From positions 1 through 49,844 of the forward strand of contig JYFJ02002847.1 of the NCBI GenBank assembly GCA_000934665.2: DNA of 49,844 nucleotides, in the 5' to 3' direction. The notes under the pieces were generated by a model. It did no database searches, was not told the origin of the DNA, and saw only the letters and a list, made by a program, of their open reading frames with translations. Below are positions 1-12,290 of the stretch, piece by piece; position 1 is the stretch's first letter; each line of letters starts with the position of its first letter. The translations under genes and the position numbers were made by a program. Source of the DNA: Catajapyx aquilonaris (lineage: Eukaryota).

Positions 1-885
1 AAACTTCACAGGAGTATGTGCGACATGCCCAGGAATGGATTGTGTGATTTTCACGAAATTGTCAATAAATGGACTTAGCGCAAGAACTACCTTAAGTTAC
101 TGTCATCAAACTGCTAGTTGGATGGGTGCCCCCTAAAGACCCCGTTGGGTCATGATGTGGTATGCAAAATCACTGAATAATAAAAAAAAAACATTACTCT
201 CCATAATATTTTTTTAAAAATATGGGCCCCTGTGTGTTTGAATTTAAATAACTCCGAAGTAAATGGTCCAAAAAATAACGTTATACATCGTCAGAAAGCG
301 TGTATAAATCTACGTAACATAGATGCGAGTTGTTTACCTATCTTCATTGTGTAATTGTTTATCGCAAGGAGAACACGGAAAGGTGTCATTATTTGACTAG
401 TTGCCGACACGACGTTAAGCCGCAAAATGATTTTTTCTGACACTTCTCCGAGGCCAAAAAATTGGAGAGTAAGTTAGTTGGCATAACTAGAAACCAACAA
501 TGCTATCCAATTACATGTGGTTCTGGACTTGTTTGACACCCTGTATTTAACTCAGCCGTCACCTTATTCACTGTCACAATGTTCAGAAATAGACGTAATC
601 GCCTTATAAAATATTTTGCAGCTTTTCGGGCACGGAGGCTGCCATTTTGTCACGTGACCTAATATCTGCTCCCGATTGGTTCGGAAGGACTGTGGCAGTT
701 TTGCAAACGAACTCCCGCATGACTTAGGCGCTTTTTCCGCTAATCGACCCTTTTCAAGGTGATAACTGCGAGACTTATGCGATTTTTTTTTGTGATTTTT
801 ACACCTACTTGTTAAGGGTTTCCTTATTGATTACATGGTGTTGCTATCTCAAAGGACAAGGCACAAAATGTATGGGCGAGTGGCC

Positions 886-1080
886 TTCCGTTCGATTTGC
901 CTGAAAATTGGATATGTTGTAGCCCATACCGTCCTGATCAATGTTAGATAGGGACATTTCGAGGTAGGACCTACAGGGAGCGTGCTATTGACCTCCGAAT
1001 GTCATATGGGGTAAGAACTGGTTTTCCGTTCGACTTGCCTGAAAATTGGATATGTTGCAGCCCAGACCGTCCTGATCCAT
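886..1080. repeat. Two copies of a ~56-bp direct repeat inside an unclassified interspersed element
   Basis: ttccgttcga(t/c)ttgcctgaaaattggatatgttg(t/c)agccca(t/g)accgtcctgatc at about 886-940 and 1024-1078. Confidence 0.75.
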
Positions 1081-4000
1081 TCAAAAAAGAAAGGGCTCCA
1101 TAATCTAGGGAATGCACACAGCTATGTTATGCACGTTGTGGTCTTCTCTATTTTGTAACAATTAAATGTACTGATTACTATAAGGTTGCTTTGCAGCAGT
1201 ACTGACCACTTACGTAAGCCGGGATTTTTCTTTAGGATAGTTCAGTCGCTCTTTCTATATACACACTATGACAACGTACTCTATCAACAAATGGAATAAT
1301 TGCAGAATAATTGTAGAGAGGGAGAGTAAGGACGAACGTGGCGGGGTATTAGTCTATTAGACCTTTGTAACGGATCCCCCCCGCGAATGTCAGCGACATG
1401 AATCGTCTGATGTACCATGTAAAAGCGACTGTTATATCATCACGGTGACAGTGGAGCGTGTGGAGGTCAATGGCTCATATATACGCGTATTAGGTGAAGT
1501 GACACACACCTGTAGTCAAACTACCACCAGGGCCAAGTGTAAAAATTAGAGAGGTAAGGAATGTCGAAAACCCAAACGAGATGACAATGACTACGTGAAA
1601 GCATGACTCCAGCTATATTATGCTTGTGCGACTGGCTATTCATACCATCCAGATTATGACATATGGCCGAAGGTGTATAAGAGGCAACAGAACATTCATC
1701 GACGTCTACGTTGATATCGGTTGTTGTAGATATTTCTCATCTCTACATTTTAGACTTGTTTCGGGCCAAGGAGTACCCTGGCAGGATAATGACCTGGAGT
1801 TTTGACTAACCATAGCGTAAGCTTGACAGCTATTGTGCTGCATGCGCATGATCACAATGGAAACTGATAATTGTATCAAACACAAGAATATTTTCAAAAG
1901 GCACTTTCAAAGTGAGCAGGGGGAAGTTAGCCAAAGGCATTTAGCATAAAAAGAAGTTTTAAATATCTGTTCATGTCTTAAGGGGATTAACAGGATAGTG
2001 TACTTAGATCGTAAGAAAGTATCGCATTTCAAATCCAGCATCTGATAATTACTTTGCTGTAGGTGGATGCTCCAAGGCATATAAAAATTAATGAGGAAAG
2101 GCAAGGATACCTGTTTATCTTTTCTCATCTGCGGCAACGTGCGGCACTCTCCGAGATCAATTTTTTTCTATTTCTGTTACGCTTAAGCCTGAAGAGATAA
2201 ACAACAAGGCATTTTCAGAAAGCTATAAGACATTAAAAATTACTCCTACGCTATTAAAGTCACCGTCCTTATTACTTAAAGTGTCATAACCCTTGCAGGC
2301 CCAACTCCAAGATATATTTCTCAGAATAGCAGGTAAATCATTTTAGTTACTTCAGACCTTAGTTTGTGCACTGCAAACTGATGAAGAAATGAACAAAGCA
2401 TTCCAGGTAACACCTAAATATTCATATAATAATTGTGATACTGTAGTACAGTCGCTATTTCAATACATGAGCCACACTCGTTTCAATATTAACATTATCT
2501 ATAGCGGGGGAGGGGGGGGGATTTCATTATAAGTTATACAGTATACAGGAGAATGACGTACATTTTAGTGTAAGCCTCCACCTATAAGTTATAGGGGCTG
2601 AAATTAAATGCTCCGGGTGAATTAGTTGAGCATCAAAGGGAGTGATAAAAGCAGCTTAAGCATCAGCTTTTGTCGGGAATAGTACTTTTTGTCTTTTGCG
2701 CTTTTCGCCTAATGACTTTGCCCGAAGACCACCAGTTAGTACCAGAACTACTGTATATGATAATTAGTGCATATCATATGCAAAGCGGCCGTTTTAATCA
2801 TTCACAAATGAAGAGCATTACGAGCAATGCTGGACCTGCATAAATTGACAGCACGCACAAACGGTTCATTAACTCCAAAACCTGGCAACATGTGCAATTT
2901 ATAACTTTTGAACTCTAATAAATATTCTTAACTTTTACATCGTTTGTTACATAATCAAAAACGTTTGTTAAGAAAGAGAGAGAAGATTAATGATTTTACC
3001 ATCTGCAATATTCTCCTCTATCGGCGCGCATGCAGAATTTCAATACGAATGGCTCTATCACAACGATCTGGGAGGTCTTATATGAAAATATTGCCCAAAG
3101 CAATATCCTTAACAAGAAACCACTGCGAAGTACCAATTTCGATAGGTACAGCAAGCTAGTATCGTTTTTTCGTGGGAAGATACACCGTTGGAATATCTTT
3201 GCACAAAGTAAAGAAAATGAGATGGGTAGGTGGGCGTACGGCACGCAGTTAGGACGTATCTGAAGTGAGATTGGAAAGCCTAGACAGAAGCGTGAAAGTA
3301 TTTCAGGGCGAAAGAGCCGGGGGACGTGGTTTAAAACCGCCAGGGAAATCAAGTTATCGACTTTTTCCACCCGCACCCCCGCGTATAACACCTATTCCTT
3401 TTCATTTACAAACAAAACAGCTATCTGATCAGTTGTATTGTTCTGTCGGAATGAAGATTGCCACCAGGTAAAAAAAAAACCCCATCGGTTTGTTATTCAT
3501 ATCATCAAAACTCTCTTCTGCATGGTTTACACGCTAAAAACTAGCGTTTCAAATCATTTACGGTTACCACGGGTTTCAAAATGGCAGGTCATGTTGTTAT
3601 GACAGCTTCACGCTCGAGGAACCTTTGATGGAGAGAAAGCAGCATCTTGCATATCAATCAGCAACCCATAGTCATTTTTTTTTTGAAGAATGATAACACG
3701 GGGAGCACTATTGAATATCAGAGCGCAGAGTAGTTTACGTACTGATAGGTCCAAAAATTGGTAACGTTATGGCAGTCACAACGGTTTTATAAACTTGCAA
3801 ATCTGATCATAATGTCGGTTCATACATCCCTGAAACGAGCGAGCATTTGCATATCAATGAACGGGTATTTACAAAAAAAAAATATAGATATAAAAAATGC
3901 GGCCCACAGAAACATCCCTCAGATACATCAGGATGTTTTTGAAGCGAATCTCGTTAGTGTAGTGTAAACAAGCGATTATTCGCTTCAGTCACCTGCCGCC

Positions 4001-4089
4001 TTCCAACCCACCATTTTAAATGACGTTTAAGCGCCTTTTCTCTAAACAGGCTGAAAGCACCTACGTAGCATATAAACGAGTCTACTCAC

Positions 4090-4143
4090 CACACATCGGC
4101 ATCTTGTTCGAAGGGCACGATTCACTCTCGTTCCCAGGAACTC
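4090..4143 (-). CDS. Alk: Short exon following MAM2 (GVPGNESESCPSNKMPMC)
   Basis: Acceptor aatatttcag|GA GTT CCT, donor TGT G|gtgagt; 54 nt, phase 1 to 1, open frame. Gives CFGI-GVP as expected after insect Alk MAM2; the remainder is divergent. Confidence 0.72.
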
Positions 4144-4526
4144 CTGAAATATTCAAATTACACATATACTGTCTGGGACACTAACAATTCCCAACCTATG
4201 CACGCAAATTGTCTTCCAAATAAGGTTCGAAACGTTAGCCTGATCTAAGGAACATGAACATGGATCCAAGCTCAGTCAATTTAGTAAAGGAGGAGCAATA
4301 AGTAGGGCAGAAATGAGCGTTGCCATGGAGAAGCCGAATCTTGCGCCCGCCAGATTGACAAGCCAGAGAAGCTGGCTCATCTCCAGCCGAGTTTCGCAGA
4401 AGAAACAATAGTTACATACTTGGAAGGACTCTCCGGAACAAATCCAATTAGAAACTCCCTTTCTCTTGATGAAAGTATACACCGCAAGAAATGGGTCAGC
4501 CTAGCTCTAGTTAGAAAAGTACTCAC

Positions 4527-4621
4527 CGATTCCAAAACACTTGGGGCTGAGAGAGATATCATCCAGAGCCAAGTCTCCAAAATGACGTATACCACGTACG
4601 CCCTCGAACTTGAAGAAGTAC
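4527..4621 (-). CDS. Alk: Alk MAM2 C-terminal exon (YFFKFEGVRGIRHFGDLALDDISLSPKCFGI)
   Basis: Acceptor tcttcaacag|G TAC, donor ATC G|gtgagt; 95 nt, phase 2 to 1. Matches Drosophila YYLQFEARMGMRIYSDVAVDDFSLSPECFGL as recalled. Not in the ORF track in this frame. Confidence 0.92.
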
Positions 4622-5572
4622 CTGTTGAAGAGCAGGGTAAGTGACCGGGAGCATTTCTCTACTGCGTAAATTGAAACTTAAGCCGGGAGGGAGTGAGGAA
4701 TCGGCACCGGAAGCCCAATTCATCAGGTTCCGGGCGGTTGGAACCACACAGAGGCCAATCAGCAACAATGTCTATGGGCAGGAAGTCCCACTTCCCTTCT
4801 TAATTGGAGACAAAATTGGGACAAGCTGTTCCATTAGGGAGAATTTCGCAATTAGAGAGGGAAGAACAGCAGCTTCAATTCGCCAACTTCAAAGGGGGTA
4901 CGGTTTCTTATTTCGTATGCTGCGACCTCTCTCAATTCAATGCTTGTAAAACCGTTTTAACACTTTCAGTTTGCCGTTTGAGTAATATAAACAGACTGAG
5001 ATATTAGAGCAGAAAAGAGGTGCTGAAGTAGCAGTGTGACTAAAAGACGCAACTTCATACACGGCATATAAACAGTGCGCAGTGCGAATGTCTTTTTGTA
5101 GCATCAAAGTAATTCTGGAGAGACCGTGTGTTGTTGCACATGACATGTTGGATGATTTTGTTAAATTGACTTGGCCACTACGTGCGAGGCACAAAAAGGA
5201 CGCATTCATATGCAGCTAGCCATGTGGTTCTGACAGCGCTGTTGGAGTCATCATTGCAGCCATTTCTTCACTGTTCTAGTTCCGTGATTCATATACGGTG
5301 AATTTGGCCAAATTTTGTGCATTTCGGTAACACATGCCGATATAACAAGGGCATACTGATATCCTTAATTACGACACGAATATTCATGTATTTACGCTGC
5401 AACATCCCCGTTTATCTCTCAGGTGTGGTGATGCACATTGTGCGTATGACTGCGAGCGGCTTAATTGCCTCTTGTTACGTCACACATCCCAGAACATGTA
5501 TAAAGTCAGCTGCAGTCACTGAATTATTTATAGAGTGGTTGATTATATCCAAAAATATGACAGGCTTCTTAC

Positions 5573-5748
5573 CTGTATCTGATTGTTTCAGGTATAGGCA
5601 CCACCTGATAGTGCCACAAGTCCTTCTTGTCCCCCGTAGATCGAAATATCATAGTATGATTAAGACCTCGTCTCTGGGGAAGTATTTCATACACGTACAG
5701 CTCGATGACTCCAGCGTGAGGTCCAAACTGGTGGAAATTAAATCGGAT
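5573..5748 (-). CDS. Alk: Alk MAM2 exon (IRFNFHQFGPHAGVIELYVYEILPQRRGLNHTMIFRSTGDKKDLWHYQVVPIPETIRY)
   Basis: Acceptor cccttttttcag|ATC, donor TAC AG|gtaaga; 176 nt, phase 0 to 2. RF..HQFG...G.I.L motif of Alk MAM2. Confidence 0.92.
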
Positions 5749-7326
5749 CTGAAAAAAGGGGAGAAGAGAGGAAAAAGAAGAAAATATTATATCCCACATT
5801 TACGGGGGAAGAAAGGAGGGATAATTTTTCCCCCTCCAAAGAAAGGAGCTCGAGGAGAGGAACTGGAGGAGAAGAGGTCACAGCCAATTTGCCATCCTGT
5901 TGATGGTGAAGTCAGTTGGCGGTGGCAGCCGCAAAAAATGGACCTCCTGCAGAAATTTGGCCCCAAGGCGACACTCCTACCATATACCGTATATTCCACA
6001 TTTTTTTATATATATGAAGCTAGGAAGTGCTTTAACTTTTCTGCACAAAAGCCGACCAGGGCGACATATCCCTCCATCATACTGTATATTCGCAGATGAC
6101 TTGATTGATGGACGCTAGTGCCGTGGGCCGATGGCTCAAATGATGTTTCAGGCATGCCCACAAAGTTCCCCCTACCCACGCATACTACCCCCCCCCCCCC
6201 CCCAACTCTACAATGGCTTTTGTGAGTTTAATTTGAAACCCGGGAAGGGGCTGTCCGTGTTCAATAAAAGCCTGTTAACACAAGGCATTTAGCATAAATC
6301 AGGCAACGGATGGCAGGACTTCGGAAAATCCGGTCGCGAGCCTGCTCATGAGAAATATTCGTACTTGCCCCCTGAGGCTCTGAAACTATTTTAATACTCC
6401 TATACAGTGCACTCCTCCCAACCTCGAAAATTCAAGGTGCACCTACATACCGCAGGAAAGTTGGAGCAATTATCTTCATTTACAAAGTACGCAATCTAAC
6501 GGCTCTGAAAGTAGGTGCAAATGTATTCCAGGCTTGTGCTCATCCCAAAACTTTGCGGCTAACTTCTACTTTGCCCTGTGGTTATGCGAATAATCTTGGG
6601 CTCCCAGCAGACGAAAGGTGAAGATGTCCCTTCCATATATATATATATATATTTCCCCCTTTACAATTTGAGGTGGGAATTTGCCTCCAGTTGTAGGTAT
6701 TGAATGGGTGACCCACTCAAGCAGAACTTCACTTTGACAGCGTCGAGGAGAAGAAAAATATATAATTTGTTCCGAGATCTGTCAGTGTCATATGTCAATT
6801 CCACTTCGGGGAGAAAAGCTCGTACAATAAAAACGTCCGCTGGGGATGAAACTGAGATGATGAACATTTTTTTACATCAAAAGGAGTGATTACGTCGTTG
6901 ATGTTCTACAAAAGAGGGACCTATCATGTTCACTGCAATCACTATTTTCTATTTCATAATTTTGATATCAAAAGTCCGCATCGATCGGGTGAGTCAACTC
7001 ATCTCGATATTGTTCCCGATGGCATATAGCAAGCTTTTTTTTTTTTTTAAAAAAATGCTAGCCATGTACGTCAGACTTGCATGGGGCATATAAACTTTCA
7101 GCTAAAAGTTACGAATATTTTTGAAAGAAGTCATGAACATCTTTGTTAGACTTGAAAATCTCACTTCGCGTCAGTAACTTCATCTGCGGAACGGAAAGTT
7201 CAAAGCTCCTTGGTCATTTGCATTCTGAGCGCGGATGCGTGGGAGAATAAAAATCATCAGCTTCTCTCAAAGTTTGAATAGGTCGTTGCCACAGCCAAAT
7301 GATATTACATACTTTTCGAACCTTAC

Positions 7327-7457
7327 CTGGCAGCTCATGTAGTACAAAGATTCATTATTTCTGTGGTAGCATGGAGGTGGCGGAAATTCTTGGCTGTTAA
7401 GTACACCAGCCTCGGAAAAGTGACCGGTTGCTCTCATCCGTAGGTACATGTACATTC
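7327..7457 (-). CDS. Alk: Alk MAM2 exon (GMYMYLRMRATGHFSEAGVLNSQEFPPPPCYHRNNESLYYMSCQ)
   Basis: Acceptor acctttcag|GA ATG, donor CAG|gtaagg; 131 nt, phase 1 to 0. The F.PPP..H.N..S.Y..SC insert is characteristic of arthropod Alk MAM2. Confidence 0.92.
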
Positions 7458-7555
7458 CTGAAAGGTATCAAGAGGATGCATTGTGGCATCAGTCAGAGCG
7501 AATCTAGCACTTTGGACGAGCTTTTTGTGTAAAATTACGGGCATGGATTAGTAAC

Positions 7556-7711
7556 CTGTCGTGTTGCGGTAAGTGTGATCAGAGCTGGGGCCGGTCACGT
7601 CTGTGTGGGTGGATCCATTGTGACGGTTCCACTTCATCGTACCATTTTTGTCGTTTTTCCACCCACACCATCCGTCCTCAAACGTGCACATGGAATATTG
7701 TGGCATCAAAT
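7556..7711 (-). CDS. Alk: Alk MAM2 first exon (DLMPQYSMCTFEDGWCGWKNDKNGTMKWNRHNGSTHTDVTGPSSDHTYRNTT)
   Basis: Acceptor cttcttcttccag|AT, donor ACA G|gttact; 156 nt, phase 1 to 1. CTFEDGWCGW and TGP..DHT MAM motifs. Confidence 0.92.
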
Positions 7712-10657
7712 CTGGAAGAAGAAGACATAACATTACCTCTGCAACCCAACACTGCAAATCCTGAGGCAGAAAGAATCTTCCTGCTGAATCCGACTTCCAA
7801 TAATCCATTGTGAGAGTCAGGGCCCTCCCGGGAGAGAATATTCTAAGCCCGCGGCACATTCTTCGTCGTAACCATATCGACAAGGGACAGAGCAAATTCC
7901 GATCCCTAGGACCAATAAGAAATTTGCAGGCATCCACTCCAATATTGCAATTACTCATGCTGTGCAATGCTTTTATCCACGCAATTTTGCCTCACATTCC
8001 AGAACAAAGGGTGAAAAAAAACAGGGCTTCATGCATGTGCCTCACCTTTGTATAGCAACATGCTATATCATTCAAGGGAATGCGCTTTCATAATGGATGT
8101 GCATGTCCCATCGGAAGGGATAAACAATCAACTTCAACGCTTCTCATTAATTCAGCCTAGTGCATAAGGGACAACCGTTGTAAAACGTTCTATCTTGCTC
8201 TGTTTACATCTAAACTGTTGATAATGACATTAGTTTGTTCTCGACAGACGGAAATAAAAGAATGATGTCATCTTGGGTGTTTTCAAGCAACTTTTCTCAT
8301 TTTCCCAGCCCCGTGTCTGCTCTAACCTCTTCTCTCTAGCCGTCGACACGCTTGGTTAACTACATTGCATCGCCGACGACTCTTGCTTGGGCGAGAATGG
8401 CATCCGTCAAACTAATTACATTTGCCAAATTGCCCACCCGGTAAATTCTTTGAAGTCGCCAAAGCGGAGGAAAATTCTAGGAGGGCTAAAAGAGGGGTCC
8501 TTCTTTCAGACATCGAGTGCAGAAGGTTCATCACGATACGATTTTTTCTTCTTCCCTGTAGACCATTATAATTCGATCCTACCCTGACCTCTTTCCAAGT
8601 GTGTCGTGGTTTCCTTTCCAAGTTAGAGAAATCAGAGCACCCGTAGGTCGTAGAGTAATGAATTGAACTGAGATCAAAGTTGAAGGCAATACGGTACGAT
8701 TCAAAAGGAACACTATGCAATAAATCTTGAGCCAAAGCCTTGATTAACGTTTACTGCCCTCTCAAACAGTTTGTAACTTCTGGAGAGGGATCTGCTCAAT
8801 TGAGGAGGAAAAAATTCTGTTTTCTAATAATATACGAGTTATTCTGGCCCTCTACTACTTGCATAAAAAGCGACCTAGAAGATGACACCTGCCTCTTCTC
8901 CACAGCGGTATTTCCTGATGGGAAACGGGAAGTGCTAATATAATCTATGATAAGGCATTCAAGTCACGTATTTTGTTCGCATATGTTGCAGGGCTCAACA
9001 TGACTTTCTTCAGTGTTTGTATCGGTTTGTATATTGTGTTGACTTTATGCTATAGTATAATTAGCATTCTATGACTTGTATTGTCCTCGATGTGTCATAA
9101 GAAAAATGATATTCGTTGTTAATTTTTTTTACTATCTTCTTTACAAAAGTAAACATCCACTGTTGTTTTTTGCTTGCTATAAGAGCAATTATTGTGCTAA
9201 ATAAAGCCTGGCGTATAATAGGTATTTCAGAGTTGCTATTAATTGGCTGAGTCTCACAGTGAGAGAGTTAGGCTAGGCGGAATGAGCAAACATCTCTTTT
9301 GAGAAAAGAGCCAGATTAAAATCCGCGCACCCTTTGCAACTGACAGTTGGTGAGGGGATATTGCCAAGTAAAGAACATCCAAGAAGAGTTATGAACTGCA
9401 AGGCTCGAGTCGCCTTCTGAAGCTATGGCAGCAGATTCATTACAAAACAAGTCGCCTGTCGTGAATCTCTGAAGTCCAGTTATGTACTGTATATAATTAT
9501 ACAAATGTGACCTGTAAAAATATTTAACACGTTTTATAGAATTAAACAACAAGATTGCCTGCAAATCAACACTTTCCCTTATATTGCTCGTTCCTAAGAT
9601 TTTGGAGCCGTGCTTTCCAGAAGGGTCCTCTGGAATCAAATTAAACGCAAGCCGCTGCTCACATTTTGACCAACTCGAAATTCCCGGAGCGTCTCAAGCT
9701 ACACCAAGATATTAACCTTTTGGAACAACGAGTTACTCCTGACATCACTTCTCGGTCATTAACACTCCCTTATTTGAGGGCCTGAGGCCAGAGAAAGTAC
9801 AATAATCTTGCGACACGTTAGCATGGAAAATGTGCCAAGGACAAAAGATGTTTCTCCTGCAGAAGCAAGGTTGGTACCCGTCTCCTTTATGCGGCGCAGC
9901 ACCACTCCCTATACCCCTGGCCACCCTCTACGCCCACGGTCTCTTTTTAGATATTCAAATCGGGTCCCCCTTTTCTTTCAAATCCTCATTATGAATTCTT
10001 GGCTGGAAGGGTAAGCCAGGACTCATTTGCCGACGGGGAATCGGACAGCTGCTGGGTGGCCAAAGTACCTGGGCACACACTATACGACCTGTGCCACCCA
10101 GGGTCCCTGCTGGGTGAGTGTCGCCAAGCAAATGAAGAAATGCGGAGAGATTTCAGAGAGGAATCGAAGACCACCCGCACGTGCCTTTGCCAAGTTACAG
10201 CACTAGTGAAAATGGCCACACGGCTACCTCTGGTGGGCCTGGTTTGGCATCGTCATCTGTCACCCTTGATAACCTACCCGGAAGTGTCTCCCACAAACTC
10301 CAGTAAATTTAATTAAGTCGTGATTAAACCCGGTGGTGGCTAGGACACATTGGATTAGGAGCTGAACCTTGTTGCCTTTGTACATAAAGAGTGGGGCGTG
10401 AGTGTTACCATGAACACAGTCATGGCTTGCTTACGTAACATTTATTTTCCTGCTTATTCGTAATGTGCACGTACAATTCTAGTTAGCGGGTTCTGCTCTT
10501 TGTGTGACTATTATGTCAGTAGTAAATGTAGTGTAAATGGACTCAGTCAGTTACCGCGGGACTAGCGGGTCGTCAGGTCGAGGAAAGGTTTGAGGTGGCC
10601 AGTCATGCCTCGGTTAGCGGAGTCGACGCTCGTAATAATTTCGATAGGATGTGTAAA

Positions 10658-11201
10658 CAAGATTGGCAAATCACATGAGCGTGATTAGAATAGACTTTTT
10701 CTCATTCTTTCAAGTATTTCAAGTAGACTTGTGCGGATAGAGTGAACCCGGAAAACCGGAAGTGGCGGGTCATCGGAACCTGTTTTGGTCACTCCCCGAC
10801 ACACTTCTTCAGGAATCCACGGAATCTAATTTCTAAATGCAACAATAACCCGTACGTGAGAGTTGGTCTCGTTAGGTCATCCCTCTGACTCCGCAAGGTC
10901 ACTCAGGGTCGTGGTCGTAGTCTCCCCCCCCCCCNNNNTAGGTCTAAGCCAGGCGCCCTCCTGCCATGTATAGTGACGGGAAGTCACTCCAGCCTGTAAA
11001 GTCGTAGACTTGTACGGATAGAGTGAAATCGGAAGTGGCGGGTAACCGGAAGTTGACCATGACACCTATTTAGGTTACGCTTAATCCGAATATGAAAACA
11101 GTTTGTTGATATCTTTTGCGGTTGAGACCCTGACACCTGTCCACAGACGGACGGACGGACAGACGTTCTACTTTTTTTCGATGACGAGAAAAAGTCTAAA
11201 A
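10658..11201 (-). mobile_element. DINE-1/HINE-like non-autonomous Helentron (interrupted, spans the assembly gap)
   Basis: Reverse complement of the 11441-11868 copy: subTIR (gaaaaagtcta), (GGAC/AGAC)n microsatellite at about 11145-11165 and stem-loop atcacatgagcgtgat near 10670. The internal block gtagacttgt.cggatagagtgaa occurs twice (about 10723 and 11004). Confidence 0.65.
10935..10938. other. Assembly gap (NNNN) after a poly-C run
   Basis: Literal nnnn in the sequence. Confidence 0.99.
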
Positions 11202-11440
11202 TGAATGAGGATATGTAGATTTGGCCCAGGAAAAGACTGACTGGCCACTATTTTTTCCCTTCTATTTTTTTTACTTATTTTTTCAAAATATTTCTTCCCC
11301 TCCACCTCTTCCCCTGTTTGCCCTGAAGAAATGTGCCTATGCCAGTTAGAAAATTTTCTATTTAACGTGTGCAATGTGGCATGTCGGGTTTCATTTGTGT
11401 CTGGCAAGTCTACTTACAAATCTGACGAAATCCCATGCAC

Positions 11441-11868
11441 TTTTACACTTTTTCTCATTATCGAAAAATGTCTTATAGTCTGTCTGTCCGTCCGTGGACA
11501 TGATTGTATCAGGGCCTCAACCGCAAGAGATAGCGGCAAACGATTTTCGGATCCCTATTAAGAGTGACCCCAACAGGTGTCATGGTCAACTTCCGGTGAC
11601 CGCCACTTCCGGTTTCACTCTATCCGCACAAGTCTACTCTGCGGCTCTACGGGCGAGTTATTGTTGGATTTCGAAATTAGTTTCTCTGGCTTCCTGACCA
11701 AGTGTATCGGTGATTTACCCAGGGGTTTTACCTGGTGCTCTGGAACAGGGGCTGTGTAATTAATTCCTGACGTTGGACCGGTTTGTGATGCAAGTCCTCG
11801 GCCGTTTCATATTTGAAAGAATAAGAAAAAGTCTACTATAATCACGCTCACGTGATTTGCCAATCTTG
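11441..11868 (+). mobile_element. DINE-1/HINE-like non-autonomous Helentron
   Basis: 5' subTIR with nearby inverted copy (tacactttttctc...gaaaaatgtc), (GTCY)n microsatellite gtctgtctgtccgtccgt, 3' subTIR gaaaaagtcta followed by stem-loop atcacg-ctca-cgtgat, T-rich flanks, no TSD. This is the DINE-1 architecture. Confidence 0.75.
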
Positions 11869-12129
11869 CTTTTCCTGCAGGACTATACGATACGAACTCA
11901 TGTCAGGTGGTCATCGTGCCTCTGGTAGAGTAGTTGACGGATGTGTTGAATGAAGGACGTGTAAGAAAAAGGGCGTGATACATCGATATGAATGGTGGCA
12001 TTTCCATGGGAACTTGAAAAATATCGTTGAAGGGATATTGTGTTTATATTGATATGTTTAGTATTGTTAGATCGTTTATTGTTGAGGAGAGTAGGGAGAG
12101 GAATCGGGAATATGCTTCTTGTGTGAGTT

Positions 12130-12290
12130 AGGCTTATGTTCGGAAGCTGAAACATGCGGCGTTAAATGCCTCGAAAAAAGTAACCCCCCGATATGCTATA
12201 GTTTAAGGCTGTCGGTGGTGCGGGGCATTCCCCAGGATTTCTATAGCTAACAAACACACCCACAAACATCCTCATTTATAGATATGTAGA
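12130..12290 (-). mobile_element. Probable Helitron 5' terminus (3' end not identified)
   Basis: Minus strand reads a|TCTACATATCTATAAATGAGGATGTTTGTGGGTGTGTTTG: 5' TC after A with the AT-rich then TGTTTG pattern common in insect Helitrons. Left boundary is approximate. Confidence 0.4.

Noticed and set aside
5317..6099. Longest ORF (260 aa, plus strand)
   Set aside because: Antisense to a real Alk exon and running through its polypyrimidine tract (K/R/G-rich translation); GTG start, no domain.
10538..10585. Hammerhead-like CTGACGA plus stem on the minus strand
   Set aside because: GAAA is replaced by GTAA and stem I cannot form.
11898..12155. Possible Jockey-like LINE C-terminal relic (RYFSSSHGNATI)
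   Set aside because: Only a few residues resemble the motif; cannot be supported without a search.
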